A stretch of DNA of 26,531 bases from Candidatus Rokuibacteriota bacterium (GTDB taxonomy: Bacteria; Methylomirabilota; Methylomirabilia; Rokubacteriales; CSP1-6). The stretch is from contig JACPCX010000119.1 in the NCBI GenBank assembly GCA_016184305.1, positions 1 through 26,531 of the forward strand. The letters are read 5' to 3'. Positions 6,580 to 14,523 of this stretch are shown here, piece by piece (the first letter of the stretch is position 1; every line of letters starts with the position of its first letter). The notes beneath the pieces were generated by a model, which saw only the letters and a list, made by a program, of their open reading frames with translations, made no database searches and had not been told where the DNA came from. A program made the position numbers and the translations under genes.

Positions 6580-8412
6580 GTCCGCTCGCCTCGGCGCGCG
6601 TTGCGCTTCCTCGGTCCATCGGCTCGGCTCGCCTCCGGCTGCGCCTCGCACTGCGGGCTGCGGCTCGCCACCTCGCTCCGCTCGGGGGATTTCCATGCGG
6701 CGGATCTCCCGAAGGGACAGCCGCGAGACGACGGGCCGGCCATGCGGGCAGAAGTAGGGCTCCTGCGCTGCGGAGAGGTCCAAGATCAGGCGCCGCATCT
6801 CCTCCCGCTCCAGGGGCGCCGGCGCCTTGATGGCCGCCCGGCAGGCGACGAAGGCCAGCGCCCGGTCGAGGAGCGGGCCCTCGGCTTCTCGTCCGGGCGC
6901 GGCCACTTCCTCGATCATCCGCTCGATGAGCCGCCTCGGCTCCCGGCCGCCGAGGAGCACCGGGACGGAGCGGAGGAGCACCGTGGCGCCGCCGAAGCCC
7001 TCGAGTGCAAACCCGAGACGCTCGAGCGTTGGCGCCCACTCGGTGAGGAGCGTGGCGTCGGCTGGCGCCAGGTCGAGGGGCTGGGGAAAGAGGAGCTCCT
7101 GGGCGGGAAGGGCGTCTCCCGCGAGGTCGGCCCGCAGCCGCTCGAACAGCACCCGCTCATGGGCCACGTGCTGGTCGATGAAGAAGACCTCGTCGTCGCT
7201 GGCCGATACGATGAACGTGTCCTGGACCTGCCCGACGACCTCGCCGAACCGATCACCGGCCGGCGGTCGCGCTTCCTCCATGAACAGCGCGCCCTGCCCC
7301 CCGGAGACGCCTGCGCTCGCCCAGACCGGCTCGGTGCGCTGCGCCGCGCCACCGGCGGCGCCGGCGTCCGTCCAGGAGGGCGGCGCGGTGCCGAGTCCCT
7401 GCTGGTGCTGGACCACGGAAGCGGAGCGCAGGGCGTCCTGCACGGCGAGGAAGAGCATCTCCTGGATCACCCTCGGGGATCTGAACCGAACCCAGGCCTT
7501 CGTCGGGTGGACATTGACGTCCACCTCCTGTGGGGGGAGCGCGAGCGACACCACGGCGGTCGGGAACTGGTCCCGCGCGAGCAGCGGCCGGTAGGCGTCG
7601 ACGAGCGTCTGCGTCAAGAGCGAGTCCCTGACGGGGCGTCCATTGACGATGAGCGTGATCGCGTCGCGGCTGCCCCCGGCCGCCTGGGGAGGTGCGACGA
7701 GACCGGCGAGCGTGATGGAATGGTCGGCCCGCGCCACGTCGAGCATCCGGCCGGCCAGCTCGTAGCCATGGAGCGCACCCACACGGTCGCGGAGCGTGGC
7801 TGCCCTCGGCGCCGCGAGCAGCGGCTTGCCGTCGTTCGCCACGTGGACGTGGATCTCCGGATGGGCCAGCGCGATCGCCTGGAGGAGGCGGAGGATCATG
7901 GCGAGCTCGGCGCGGGCCCCCTTGAGGAACTTGAGCCGACCCGGCGTGTTGAAGAACAGGTCCGCGATCTCCACGGTGGTGCCGGGCGTGGCGGCGACAC
8001 TCATCGGCGCTCCCGCGGTGCCGCCTTCCCCCCGCACCAGGGTCCCCGCTGCGGAGCCCCGCGGACACGACAGGAGGGAGAAGCGGCTCACCGCGCAGAT
8101 GGCAGGCAGTGCCTCCCCCCGGAAGCCGAGGGTCTGGATGGCGTCCAGATCCGCCTCGTCAGCGATCTTGGAAGTTGCATGGCGCAAGAGCGCCAGGCTC
8201 ATTTCCTCCGCCGTCATCCCGATCCCATCGTCCAGGATACGCACGAGCTGCCTGCCCGCATCCCGGAGCTCCACGACGACGCGCGCGCAGCCGGCGTCGA
8301 TGGAGTTCTCGACCAGCTCCTTCACCACGGATGCCGGCCGCTCGACCACCTCGCCGGCGGCGATCTTGTTCACCAGGTGGTCGGGCAGCCTGTGAATGCG
8401 AGGACTATTCAT
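5593..8412 (-). CDS. mutL-miaA: Fused DNA mismatch repair protein MutL - tRNA dimethylallyltransferase MiaA (939 aa, single frame)
   Basis: ATG 8412 forms an ATGA overlap with the mutS stop. MutL motifs: NKIAAGEVVERPASVVKELVENSIDAG, HATSKI, GFRGEAL, DVNVHPTK, DQHVAHERVLFE, ACR, CPHGRP. With no intervening stop, MiaA motifs follow: GPTAVGKT, SADSRQVYRGMDVGTGKP, PHHLID, VGGTGLY, RYAKRQMTWF. Confidence 0.9.
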   Translation of the reverse strand: MNSPRIHRLPDHLVNKIAAGEVVERPASVVKELVENSIDAGCARVVVELRDAGRQLVRILDDGIGMTAEEMSLALLRHATSKIADEADLDAIQTLGFRGEALPAICAVSRFSLLSCPRGSAAGTLVRGEGGTAGAPMSVAATPGTTVEIADLFFNTPGRLKFLKGARAELAMILRLLQAIALAHPEIHVHVANDGKPLLAAPRAATLRDRVGALHGYELAGRMLDVARADHSITLAGLVAPPQAAGGSRDAITLIVNGRPVRDSLLTQTLVDAYRPLLARDQFPTAVVSLALPPQEVDVNVHPTKAWVRFRSPRVIQEMLFLAVQDALRSASVVQHQQGLGTAPPSWTDAGAAGGAAQRTEPVWASAGVSGGQGALFMEEARPPAGDRFGEVVGQVQDTFIVSASDDEVFFIDQHVAHERVLFERLRADLAGDALPAQELLFPQPLDLAPADATLLTEWAPTLERLGFALEGFGGATVLLRSVPVLLGGREPRRLIERMIEEVAAPGREAEGPLLDRALAFVACRAAIKAPAPLEREEMRRLILDLSAAQEPYFCPHGRPVVSRLSLREIRRMEIPRAERGGEPQPAVRGAAGGEPSRWTEEAQRAPRRADMEIPRAERGGEPQPPLLVIVGPTAVGKTAVAVRLAGRIPLEVVSADSRQVYRGMDVGTGKPSPDELRVVPHHLIDVVEPHERYHAARFRNDARRALAEIRGRGRLPAVVGGTGLYVRALLKGLDPAPAADPALRRELESMGRTQGSAVLHGRLREHDPVAADRLHPNDRVRVIRALEIALAGSPEGRAGERRPVSSWATAIPPFRLVMVGLCQPREILRRRIADRVQGMVARGMIEEVRRLLTAGFAETLPAMGGIGYRHFCAVVRGRMPEADAIRLMIRDTGRYAKRQMTWFARDPEIRWINVDALGGLDGAADAIAQQLTKEGLIE
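6538..6697. repeat. In-frame repeat element linking mutL and miaA: two 43-bp direct repeats (6538-6580, 6655-6697) flanking a related 74-bp spacer
   Basis: The copies are 41/43 identical and offset by 117 bp (39 codons); each encodes MEIPRAERGGEPQP. Core motif CCTCGCTCCGCTCGGG; GGCGAGCCG occurs three times on the minus strand. Confidence 0.92.
6697..8412 (-). other. mutL: MutL moiety (~572 aa): GHKL ATPase, linker and C-terminal endonuclease domain
   Basis: ATPase motifs, clamp-binding-like QELLFP, and endonuclease motifs DQHVAHERVLFE, ACR, CPHGRP. Confidence 0.93.
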
Positions 8413-11000
8413 TGCTGACGTTCTTTCAGCTGGCGCTGCCAGTGGGCGAGGAGATTGAGCGCCTGGAGCGGTGTCAGCGAGGCCACGTCGAGCGCGGCCA
8501 GGTCGCGGACGAGCGGGTCGCCGGAGGGCGGGAAGAGCCCCAGCTGTACCGGCGCGTCCGTGGCCGGGGCCGCGGCAGCCGTGAGCGCCGCCCGCTCGCT
8601 CTCGAGCTCTCCCAGGATGCTCCTGGCGCGGTCGATGACCGCCGGCGGAAGCCCCGCCAGTCGCGCGACCTGGATCCCGTAGGACCGGTCCGTGCCCCCG
8701 GGGCGCACCTGGTGGAGAAAGATGATCTCGTCGTTCCACTCCTTGACCGCCACGTGGAAGTTGCGGACGCGGGGAAGTTGCTCCGCCAGGGCCGTCAGCT
8801 CGTGGTAATGCGTCGCGAAGAGCACCTTGGCGCCCCGCCCGCGCTCGTGCAGCTCCTCCGTCACCGCCCACGCGATGGCCAGGCCGTCGAAGGTGGAGGT
8901 GCCGCGCCCCACCTCGTCGAGCAGGATCAGACTGCGCGGCGTGGCGTTGTGCAGGATGCTCGCGGTCTCGACCATCTCCACGAGGAACGTGCTTTGCCCT
9001 CGCGCGAGGTTGTCCTGGGCGCCCACCCGTGTCAGCACCCGGTCGACGAGGCCGATCCGTGCCGAGCGTGCCGGCAGGAACGCACCCACCTGCGCCAGGA
9101 TGGCCAGCAGGGCCGTCTGGCGCATGTAGACGCTCTTGCCGCTCATGTTGGGGCCGGTGAGGATGATGATCTGCGCCGAAGCCGGGTCGAGGCTCACGTC
9201 ATTGGGTGTGAAGGACTGCCCACCGGTGGAGTCGAGCACCGGGTGGCGCCCCTCGACGATCTCGAGCCCGACGCCCTCGTCCACCACGGGCCGCACATGC
9301 CCACGCTGGTGAGCCACCTCGCCCAGCGACTGGAGCGCGTCGACCGCTCCCACCGCGCGAGCCATCCGCAGGAGGCCCTCCGCCTCGGCGGCCACGGCAG
9401 AGCGGACCTGCTCGAAGAGCTCGAGCTCGAGCCGCGCCATGCGCTCCTCGGCGCCGAGGGCCCGGCTCTCGTACTCCTTCAGCTCCGCGGTGATGAACCG
9501 CTCGGCCCCCACGAGCGTCTGGCGCCTCACGTACTCCGCCGGGACCTTGGCGGCATGGGTGTTGCTCACCTCGATGGCGTAGCCGAAGACCCGGTTGAAG
9601 CGCACGCGGAGGGTCGGAATGCCGGTGCGCTCGCGCTCCCGCCGCTCGAGCGACGTGATCCACCCCTTCGCCTCGCGCTGGGCGAGCCGGAGCTCCCGCA
9701 GCTCGGCGCTCCAGCCTTCGCGGATCAGCCCCCCGTCGCGAAGACTCAGGGGTGGGTCGTCCTCCAGCGCCTCCTCCAGAAGCCTGACGAGCCCCGACAG
9801 GGGCGCGATCCCCTCCCCCAAGCGCAGCAGTAGCGGCGACGGAAGCCTCCCCACCGCGTCCCGGACGGCCGGGAGCTCCCGCAGATAGGCGCGCAGTGCG
9901 ATGAGGTCGCGGGCGTGAGCCACGCCCAGCGCCGCCCGGCTCGCCAGGCGCTCGACGTCGCCGATGCCGGCGAGGCGCGCCCTGAGCGCCGTGCGCTCGG
10001 CCGGGGCCTCGGCCAGGGCACCGACGGCGTCCTGGCGCTCCCGGATCCGATCGAGATCCAGCAGCGGGCGCAGGAGCCAGTGCCGCAGGAGCCGCGCTCC
10101 CATGGGTGTCCGCGTCGTGTCGAGCGTCGCCAAGAGGGACCCGCGGGCCGTCCGATCCTGCGCGGTCTCGAAGAGCTCGAGTGTCGCGACGGCGGTACGG
10201 TCGAGGATCATGGCATCTCCCGAGACGAAGCGCTGGATGCGGGTAAGATGGGAGAGGCGTTCCCCCTGCGTGTCCCTGAGGTATGCAAAGGCCGCCCCGG
10301 CCGCCTGGATGCCGGCGGCGAGGGCGCCGAGGCCGAAGGCCTCCAGGCTCGGGACCTTGAAGTGGGCGGTCAAGCGCTCCTGCGCCGCCCGGGCCGAGAA
10401 CCAGGAGGGCTCGACGCAGGTCAACGGGATGCCGAGGTCGCCGAGTGTCCGGGCCAGGACAGCGTCAGCGCCGTGAGCCACGAGGATCTCGGCTGGCCGC
10501 CGGAGCAACGCCGCCTCCAGCAGGGTCTCCCCCGCCCCCTCCTCCTCCCCTACCCAGAAATCCCCTGTGGAGATGTCCGCGAGCGCCACGCCCAGGCTCC
10601 CCGGGCCCCTGTGCACGGCGAGGAGGAAGTTGTTCGCGGCCCCGTCGAGGTACTGCGTGTCCGTCACCGTGCCTGGAGTGATCACGCGCACCACTTCGCG
10701 GCGCACCAGTTTCTTGCCCTTGACCGGCGCCTCCATTTGCTCGCACACCGCCACCTTCTGTCCGGCGCGGATGAGGCGGCCGATGTAGCCGTCGGCGGCG
10801 TGGTGCGGGATGCCGGCCATGGGAACGTCCTGGCGCGCGGTGAGCGTGATCTGCAGGAGTCGCGCCCCGAGGTGGGCGTCCTCGAAGAACATCTCGTAGA
10901 AGTCCCCGAGGCGGAAGAGCAGCAGGTACTCCGGGTAGCGGCGCTTCAGCTCCCGGTACTGCCGCATCATCGGCGTGAGCTCGGCAGCGCCCTCCATCAC
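8409..11000 (-). CDS. mutS: DNA mismatch repair protein MutS (MutS1)
   Basis: TPMMRQY, FRLGDFYEMFFEDA (Phe-X-Glu), Walker A TGPNMSGKS, STFLVEM, DEVGRGTSTFDG, FATHYHEL, SYGIQVARLAGLP, and a C-terminal clamp motif QLGLF. Start is GTG 11000 or ATG 10997. Confidence 0.98.
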   Translation of the reverse strand: MMEGAAELTPMMRQYRELKRRYPEYLLLFRLGDFYEMFFEDAHLGARLLQITLTARQDVPMAGIPHHAADGYIGRLIRAGQKVAVCEQMEAPVKGKKLVRREVVRVITPGTVTDTQYLDGAANNFLLAVHRGPGSLGVALADISTGDFWVGEEEGAGETLLEAALLRRPAEILVAHGADAVLARTLGDLGIPLTCVEPSWFSARAAQERLTAHFKVPSLEAFGLGALAAGIQAAGAAFAYLRDTQGERLSHLTRIQRFVSGDAMILDRTAVATLELFETAQDRTARGSLLATLDTTRTPMGARLLRHWLLRPLLDLDRIRERQDAVGALAEAPAERTALRARLAGIGDVERLASRAALGVAHARDLIALRAYLRELPAVRDAVGRLPSPLLLRLGEGIAPLSGLVRLLEEALEDDPPLSLRDGGLIREGWSAELRELRLAQREAKGWITSLERRERERTGIPTLRVRFNRVFGYAIEVSNTHAAKVPAEYVRRQTLVGAERFITAELKEYESRALGAEERMARLELELFEQVRSAVAAEAEGLLRMARAVGAVDALQSLGEVAHQRGHVRPVVDEGVGLEIVEGRHPVLDSTGGQSFTPNDVSLDPASAQIIILTGPNMSGKSVYMRQTALLAILAQVGAFLPARSARIGLVDRVLTRVGAQDNLARGQSTFLVEMVETASILHNATPRSLILLDEVGRGTSTFDGLAIAWAVTEELHERGRGAKVLFATHYHELTALAEQLPRVRNFHVAVKEWNDEIIFLHQVRPGGTDRSYGIQVARLAGLPPAVIDRARSILGELESERAALTAAAAPATDAPVQLGLFPPSGDPLVRDLAALDVASLTPLQALNLLAHWQRQLKERQQ

Positions 11001-11482
11001 GAGCGCAGCGCTGCCGACAGGCGATCGTAGGTGTCCTGGAGGGATTCGGGGAGGACCTTGGTGTCGCCGATCGTGGCCATGAAGCTGGTGTCGCCGTTCC
11101 AGCGCGGCACCACGTGCACGTGGAGGTGCCCGGCGACGCCGGCGCCGGCTACGGCGCCCTGGTTCACGCCCACGTTGAAGCCATCGGGCCCGTAGACGAC
11201 CCGGAGCGCCCGCACCGCGATCTGGACGAGCCGCATGCAGTCGGCCAGCTCGTCCAGCGACGCCTCGTCGAGCCCCGCCACGTGCCGGGTGACCACGGCC
11301 AGGAGGTGGCCACAGGCGTAGGGATAGGCATTGAGGACGAGAAAGGCGCGCTCACCACGATGGAGGACCAGGGACTGACGATCATCACCGGAGGACAGCG
11401 CGGCGCAGAAGACGCAGGCGTTACCGGGCGCCCCAGCGGTCGAGACGTAACTCATCCGCCACGGTGCCCACAGGCGATCCAC
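10997..11482 (-). CDS. HIT family protein (Ap4A hydrolase/phosphorylase type)
   Basis: RLWAPWR N-terminus, CVFC, LNAYPY..GH, GFNVGVNQG..AGAG, and histidine triad HLHVHVVPRW. Confidence 0.92.
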   Translation of the reverse strand: MDRLWAPWRMSYVSTAGAPGNACVFCAALSSGDDRQSLVLHRGERAFLVLNAYPYACGHLLAVVTRHVAGLDEASLDELADCMRLVQIAVRALRVVYGPDGFNVGVNQGAVAGAGVAGHLHVHVVPRWNGDTSFMATIGDTKVLPESLQDTYDRLSAALRS

Positions 11483-11488
11483 TCGATT

Positions 11489-11764
11489 TCAGGTGTTGAC
11501 GAGCTCGCGGAGCCGCTTGCCGACCTTGAAGAACGGGACGCGCTTCTCGGGGACGCTGACGCTGTCCCCCGTCTTCGGGTTGCGTCCCTTCCGGGAGTTC
11601 CGATGCCGGATCCTGAAGCTGCCGAACCCGCGCAACTCCACCTTGTCGCCCTTGGCCAAGGCGTCGGTGATGTTGTCGAAGACGGTGTTGATGATCAGCT
11701 CCGTCTCCTTCTTCGTGAGGCTCGACAGTCTGGATACTTCCTCGATCAGATCCGCTTTGGTCAT
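11489..11764 (-). CDS. ihfB: Integration host factor beta subunit (HU/IHF family)
   Basis: MTKADLIEE, VELRGFGSF, GRNPKTG, VPFFKVGKRLRELVN; GGAGG SD; rpsA-sppA-ihfB context. Confidence 0.88.
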   Translation of the reverse strand: MTKADLIEEVSRLSSLTKKETELIINTVFDNITDALAKGDKVELRGFGSFRIRHRNSRKGRNPKTGDSVSVPEKRVPFFKVGKRLRELVNT

Positions 11765-11846
11765 GACCGGACTCCCTCCACAGGGCCGCTCTCGCTGCCC
11801 CGGAACCGGTTGCTGGTCGGACGGAACCGGCCGCGCCCGTCGAGAA

Positions 11847-11876
11847 ACGCTAGCATGGGGGTCGAAAGTTTGTCAA
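11847..11876 (-). promoter_or_regulatory. Putative sigma70 promoter for ihfB-HIT-mutS-mutL/miaA-hflX
   Basis: Perfect TTGACA (11876-11871), 18 nt, then TAGCGT (11852-11847) with TGC extension. Confidence 0.65.
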
Positions 11877-11919
11877 GAAGGTTACGGGGTTAGGGCTCAT
11901 GAGGGGCTCCCCATCCTGC

Positions 11920-12810
11920 CTAGTCCATCAGATAGAGCGGGGTGCGGAGCGATGGCAGCGCGGGGAGCAAGGCGCCGGAACCGCCCATCCCCAGCTGATT
12001 GCGCAGGAGATCCGTCAGGGAGAAGCGCCGGCGAGGCAGCAGGAGCCTGGGGCGCTCGGGCAGCCCGGCGAGCTTCGCCGCCGCCTCGATCGCCTCCTCG
12101 AGGCCCCCGAGCTCATCCACCATCTTGAGCGCGCGGGCCTGCTGCCCGGAGTAGATCCGCCCATCGGCGAAGGCGAGGACCGTGGCGCGGTCGAGCCCGC
12201 GCCCCTCGGCCACGGCCGCCACGAACTGCCCGTACACATCGTCCAGCAGCAGCTGGAGAATGCGCCGCTCCCCCGGGGACATGGTCCGTGCGAAGTTGCC
12301 CACGTCCTTGTAGGCCCCGGCCTTCACCACCACGTACTCGACGCCCACCTTCTTGAGGAGGCCCTCCACGTTGGCCATCTGCATGACCACGCCGATGGAC
12401 CCCGTGAGCGTACCCGGGTTGGCATAGATGCGATCCGCGGCGGTCGCCACGTAGTAGCCGCCGGAGGCGGCCACCGCTGCCAGCGACGCCACCACGGGCT
12501 TGCCGGCCTTCCGGACCCGCTGCACGGCAGCGAAGATCTCCTGGGTGGGCCCCACCACGCCCCCCGGGCTGTTCACCCGGAGGACGACGGCACGCACGGC
12601 GGGGTTGTCGATGTGCTCGCGGAGCTCGCGGACCGTGGCGTCGCCGTCCACGAGGATGCCCTGGACCTCGACGATCGCGACCCGCGGGCCCCCGGGCAGT
12701 ACACCGTCCTCCAGCACCGCCATGAGGGCCCAGACCGTCAGCAGGAACACGGCCAGGATCACAGTCGTGAGCCCGAGCCCCAGCATCAGGCTGCGGGCGC
12801 GAGAGGCCAT
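11920..12810 (-). CDS. sppA: Signal peptide peptidase SppA (S49, 36K type)
   Basis: N-terminal TM segment, LRVNSPGG, AASGGYY, GSIGV, GAYKD, FADGRIYSGQQA, VDELGG. Confidence 0.95.
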   Translation of the reverse strand: MASRARSLMLGLGLTTVILAVFLLTVWALMAVLEDGVLPGGPRVAIVEVQGILVDGDATVRELREHIDNPAVRAVVLRVNSPGGVVGPTQEIFAAVQRVRKAGKPVVASLAAVAASGGYYVATAADRIYANPGTLTGSIGVVMQMANVEGLLKKVGVEYVVVKAGAYKDVGNFARTMSPGERRILQLLLDDVYGQFVAAVAEGRGLDRATVLAFADGRIYSGQQARALKMVDELGGLEEAIEAAAKLAGLPERPRLLLPRRRFSLTDLLRNQLGMGGSGALLPALPSLRTPLYLMD

Positions 12811-12813
12811 CGC

Positions 12814-14523
12814 CTAGTCCTCGTCGTCGAAGTCGTCGCCCCCCCGCCGCTTGCGTGCCTTCCCCCGGCCGCGGGTGTCCTGCTGCTGCGGCTCCTCCAG
12901 GATCGCCGCCGCCAGCTCTTTCAGCGACAGCCCGATCCGACGCTCGGTGGGGTCCACGCGGATCACGAGCAGGGTGAGCTCGTCCCCGACGTTGACGATC
13001 TCCGCAGGCGACGCGATGGGCCGGCTGGACATCTGGGAGATGTGCAGGAGGCCGTCCACGCCGGGCTCCAGCTCCACGAAGGCGCCGAAGTCGGTGAGGC
13101 GGACGACCTTGCCGGTCACCCGCGAGCCCATGGGGTAGCGCTGGGAGACGCTCTCCCACGGGTCCGGCTGGATCTGCTTGAGGCCGAGAGAGATGCGCTT
13201 GTTCTCGCGGTCCACGTTGAGGATCTGCGTCTCGATGGCTTGCCCCTTCTTCAGGAGCTCCGAGGGGTGGCCGATGTTCCGGGTCCAGGACATGTCGGAG
13301 ATGTGCAGGAGGCCGTCCACGCCGGGCTCCAGCTCCACGAAGGCGCCGAAGTCGGTGAGGTTGCGCACCTTCCCCTGCACGCGCAGCCCGGGCTTGTACC
13401 GCTCGTCGATGCTGGACCACGGGTCGCTCTCCACCTGCTTCATGCCCAGAGAGATGCGCTTCGTGGCCTTGTTGACGTCCAGCACCTGCACCTCGACGGT
13501 GTCTCCCACGTTGACGAGCTTCGAGGGATGGCGTACCCGCCGCGTCCACGACATCTCCGACACGTGCACGAGGCCTTCCACGCCGGGCTCGAGCTCGATG
13601 AAGGCGCCGTAGTTGGTGAGGCTCACGACTCGCCCGGCGACCTTTCCGCCCACCGGGTAGCGCTCGTCCACCGTCGCCCACGGGTCCAGGGACTTCTGCT
13701 TGTACCCGAGGGAGACCCGGCCCGTTTCCCGGTCGAAGTGCAGCACCACGACCTCGACCTGGTCCCCGACCTGGAAGATCTCCGAGGGGTGGCCGATCCG
13801 CCCCCAGGACATGTCGGTGACATGCAGCAGGCCGTCGATGCCCCCGAGGTCGATGAAGGCCCCGTAGTCCGTGATGTTCTTCACGGTCCCCGTCAGCGCC
13901 ATGCCTTCGCTCAGGACGGCCAGGGTGTGCTTCTTCTTCTCCTCGCGCTCCTCCTCCAGCACGATCCGTCGCGAGAGGACGACGTTGCCCCGGCGGCGGT
14001 TCAGCTTGATGACCTTGGCGCGGATCGTCTGCCCCACGAGGGCGCCGAGGTTCTTCACCGGGCGCAGATCCACCTGCGACCCCGGCAGGAAGGCGCGCAC
14101 GCCCACGTCCACCGCGAGGCCGCCCTTGACCACCTCCACGACGCGGCCCTCCACGGGCGTTCCGCTGTCGTACGAGCGCGAGATGGCGTCCCAGACCTTG
14201 ATCTTGTCCGCCTTGTCCTTGGAGAGGACGATCAGGCCCTCGTTGTCCTCCTTCGCCTCGAGGTAGACCTCGATCTCATCGCCAACCTTCGGGACCCCGG
14301 TGTGCCGGAACTCCTCGATGGCGATGGTGCCCTCGCTCTTGTAGCCGATGTCCACGAGCACCTCGCTGCCGCGCACCTCGACGACGAGCCCGCGGACCAC
14401 CTCCCCTTCTTCGATGTCGTTGCTGCCCTTGGCGAACCACTCCTCCATCGTCTCTTCCCGGGTCTCTCCCACCTCCCTCTGAGTGGCCGTGGGGCCCTGC
14501 GCCTTCTGGTTATCCGTCTCCAT
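12814..14523 (-). CDS. rpsA: 30S ribosomal protein S1 (six S1 domains)
   Basis: DIGYKSEG, RAFLPGSQVD, repeated (D/N)(Y/F)GAF..L..G.(D/E)GL.H.(S/T) motifs; AAGGAGG upstream. Confidence 0.98.
   Translation of the reverse strand: METDNQKAQGPTATQREVGETREETMEEWFAKGSNDIEEGEVVRGLVVEVRGSEVLVDIGYKSEGTIAIEEFRHTGVPKVGDEIEVYLEAKEDNEGLIVLSKDKADKIKVWDAISRSYDSGTPVEGRVVEVVKGGLAVDVGVRAFLPGSQVDLRPVKNLGALVGQTIRAKVIKLNRRRGNVVLSRRIVLEEEREEKKKHTLAVLSEGMALTGTVKNITDYGAFIDLGGIDGLLHVTDMSWGRIGHPSEIFQVGDQVEVVVLHFDRETGRVSLGYKQKSLDPWATVDERYPVGGKVAGRVVSLTNYGAFIELEPGVEGLVHVSEMSWTRRVRHPSKLVNVGDTVEVQVLDVNKATKRISLGMKQVESDPWSSIDERYKPGLRVQGKVRNLTDFGAFVELEPGVDGLLHISDMSWTRNIGHPSELLKKGQAIETQILNVDRENKRISLGLKQIQPDPWESVSQRYPMGSRVTGKVVRLTDFGAFVELEPGVDGLLHISQMSSRPIASPAEIVNVGDELTLLVIRVDPTERRIGLSLKELAAAILEEPQQQDTRGRGKARKRRGGDDFDDED

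Noticed and set aside
6538..6697. CRISPR array or DGR template/variable repeat reading of the 43-bp repeats
   Set aside because: Only two copies, the spacer is repeat-related, and there is no cas or reverse transcriptase gene in the window. Two mismatches are too few to indicate adenine-directed mutagenesis.
5521..8418. 965-aa plus-strand ORF, and similar long ORFs at 11899-14787, 1114-2769, 2559-4286 and 8109-9833
   Set aside because: Antisense shadows of real genes. GC-rich codon usage depletes stops on the opposite strand, and the translations show no recognisable motifs.
8413..8871. 153-aa N-terminal extension of the mutL-miaA ORF call
   Set aside because: It overlaps the mutS 3' end in another frame; ATG 8412 gives a canonical MutL N-terminus and an ATGA overlap.
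11869..11892. IHF autoregulatory site overlapping the ihfB -35
   Set aside because: TCAA-N5-TTA is off by one from the WATCAR-N4-TTR consensus and lacks the WA prefix.
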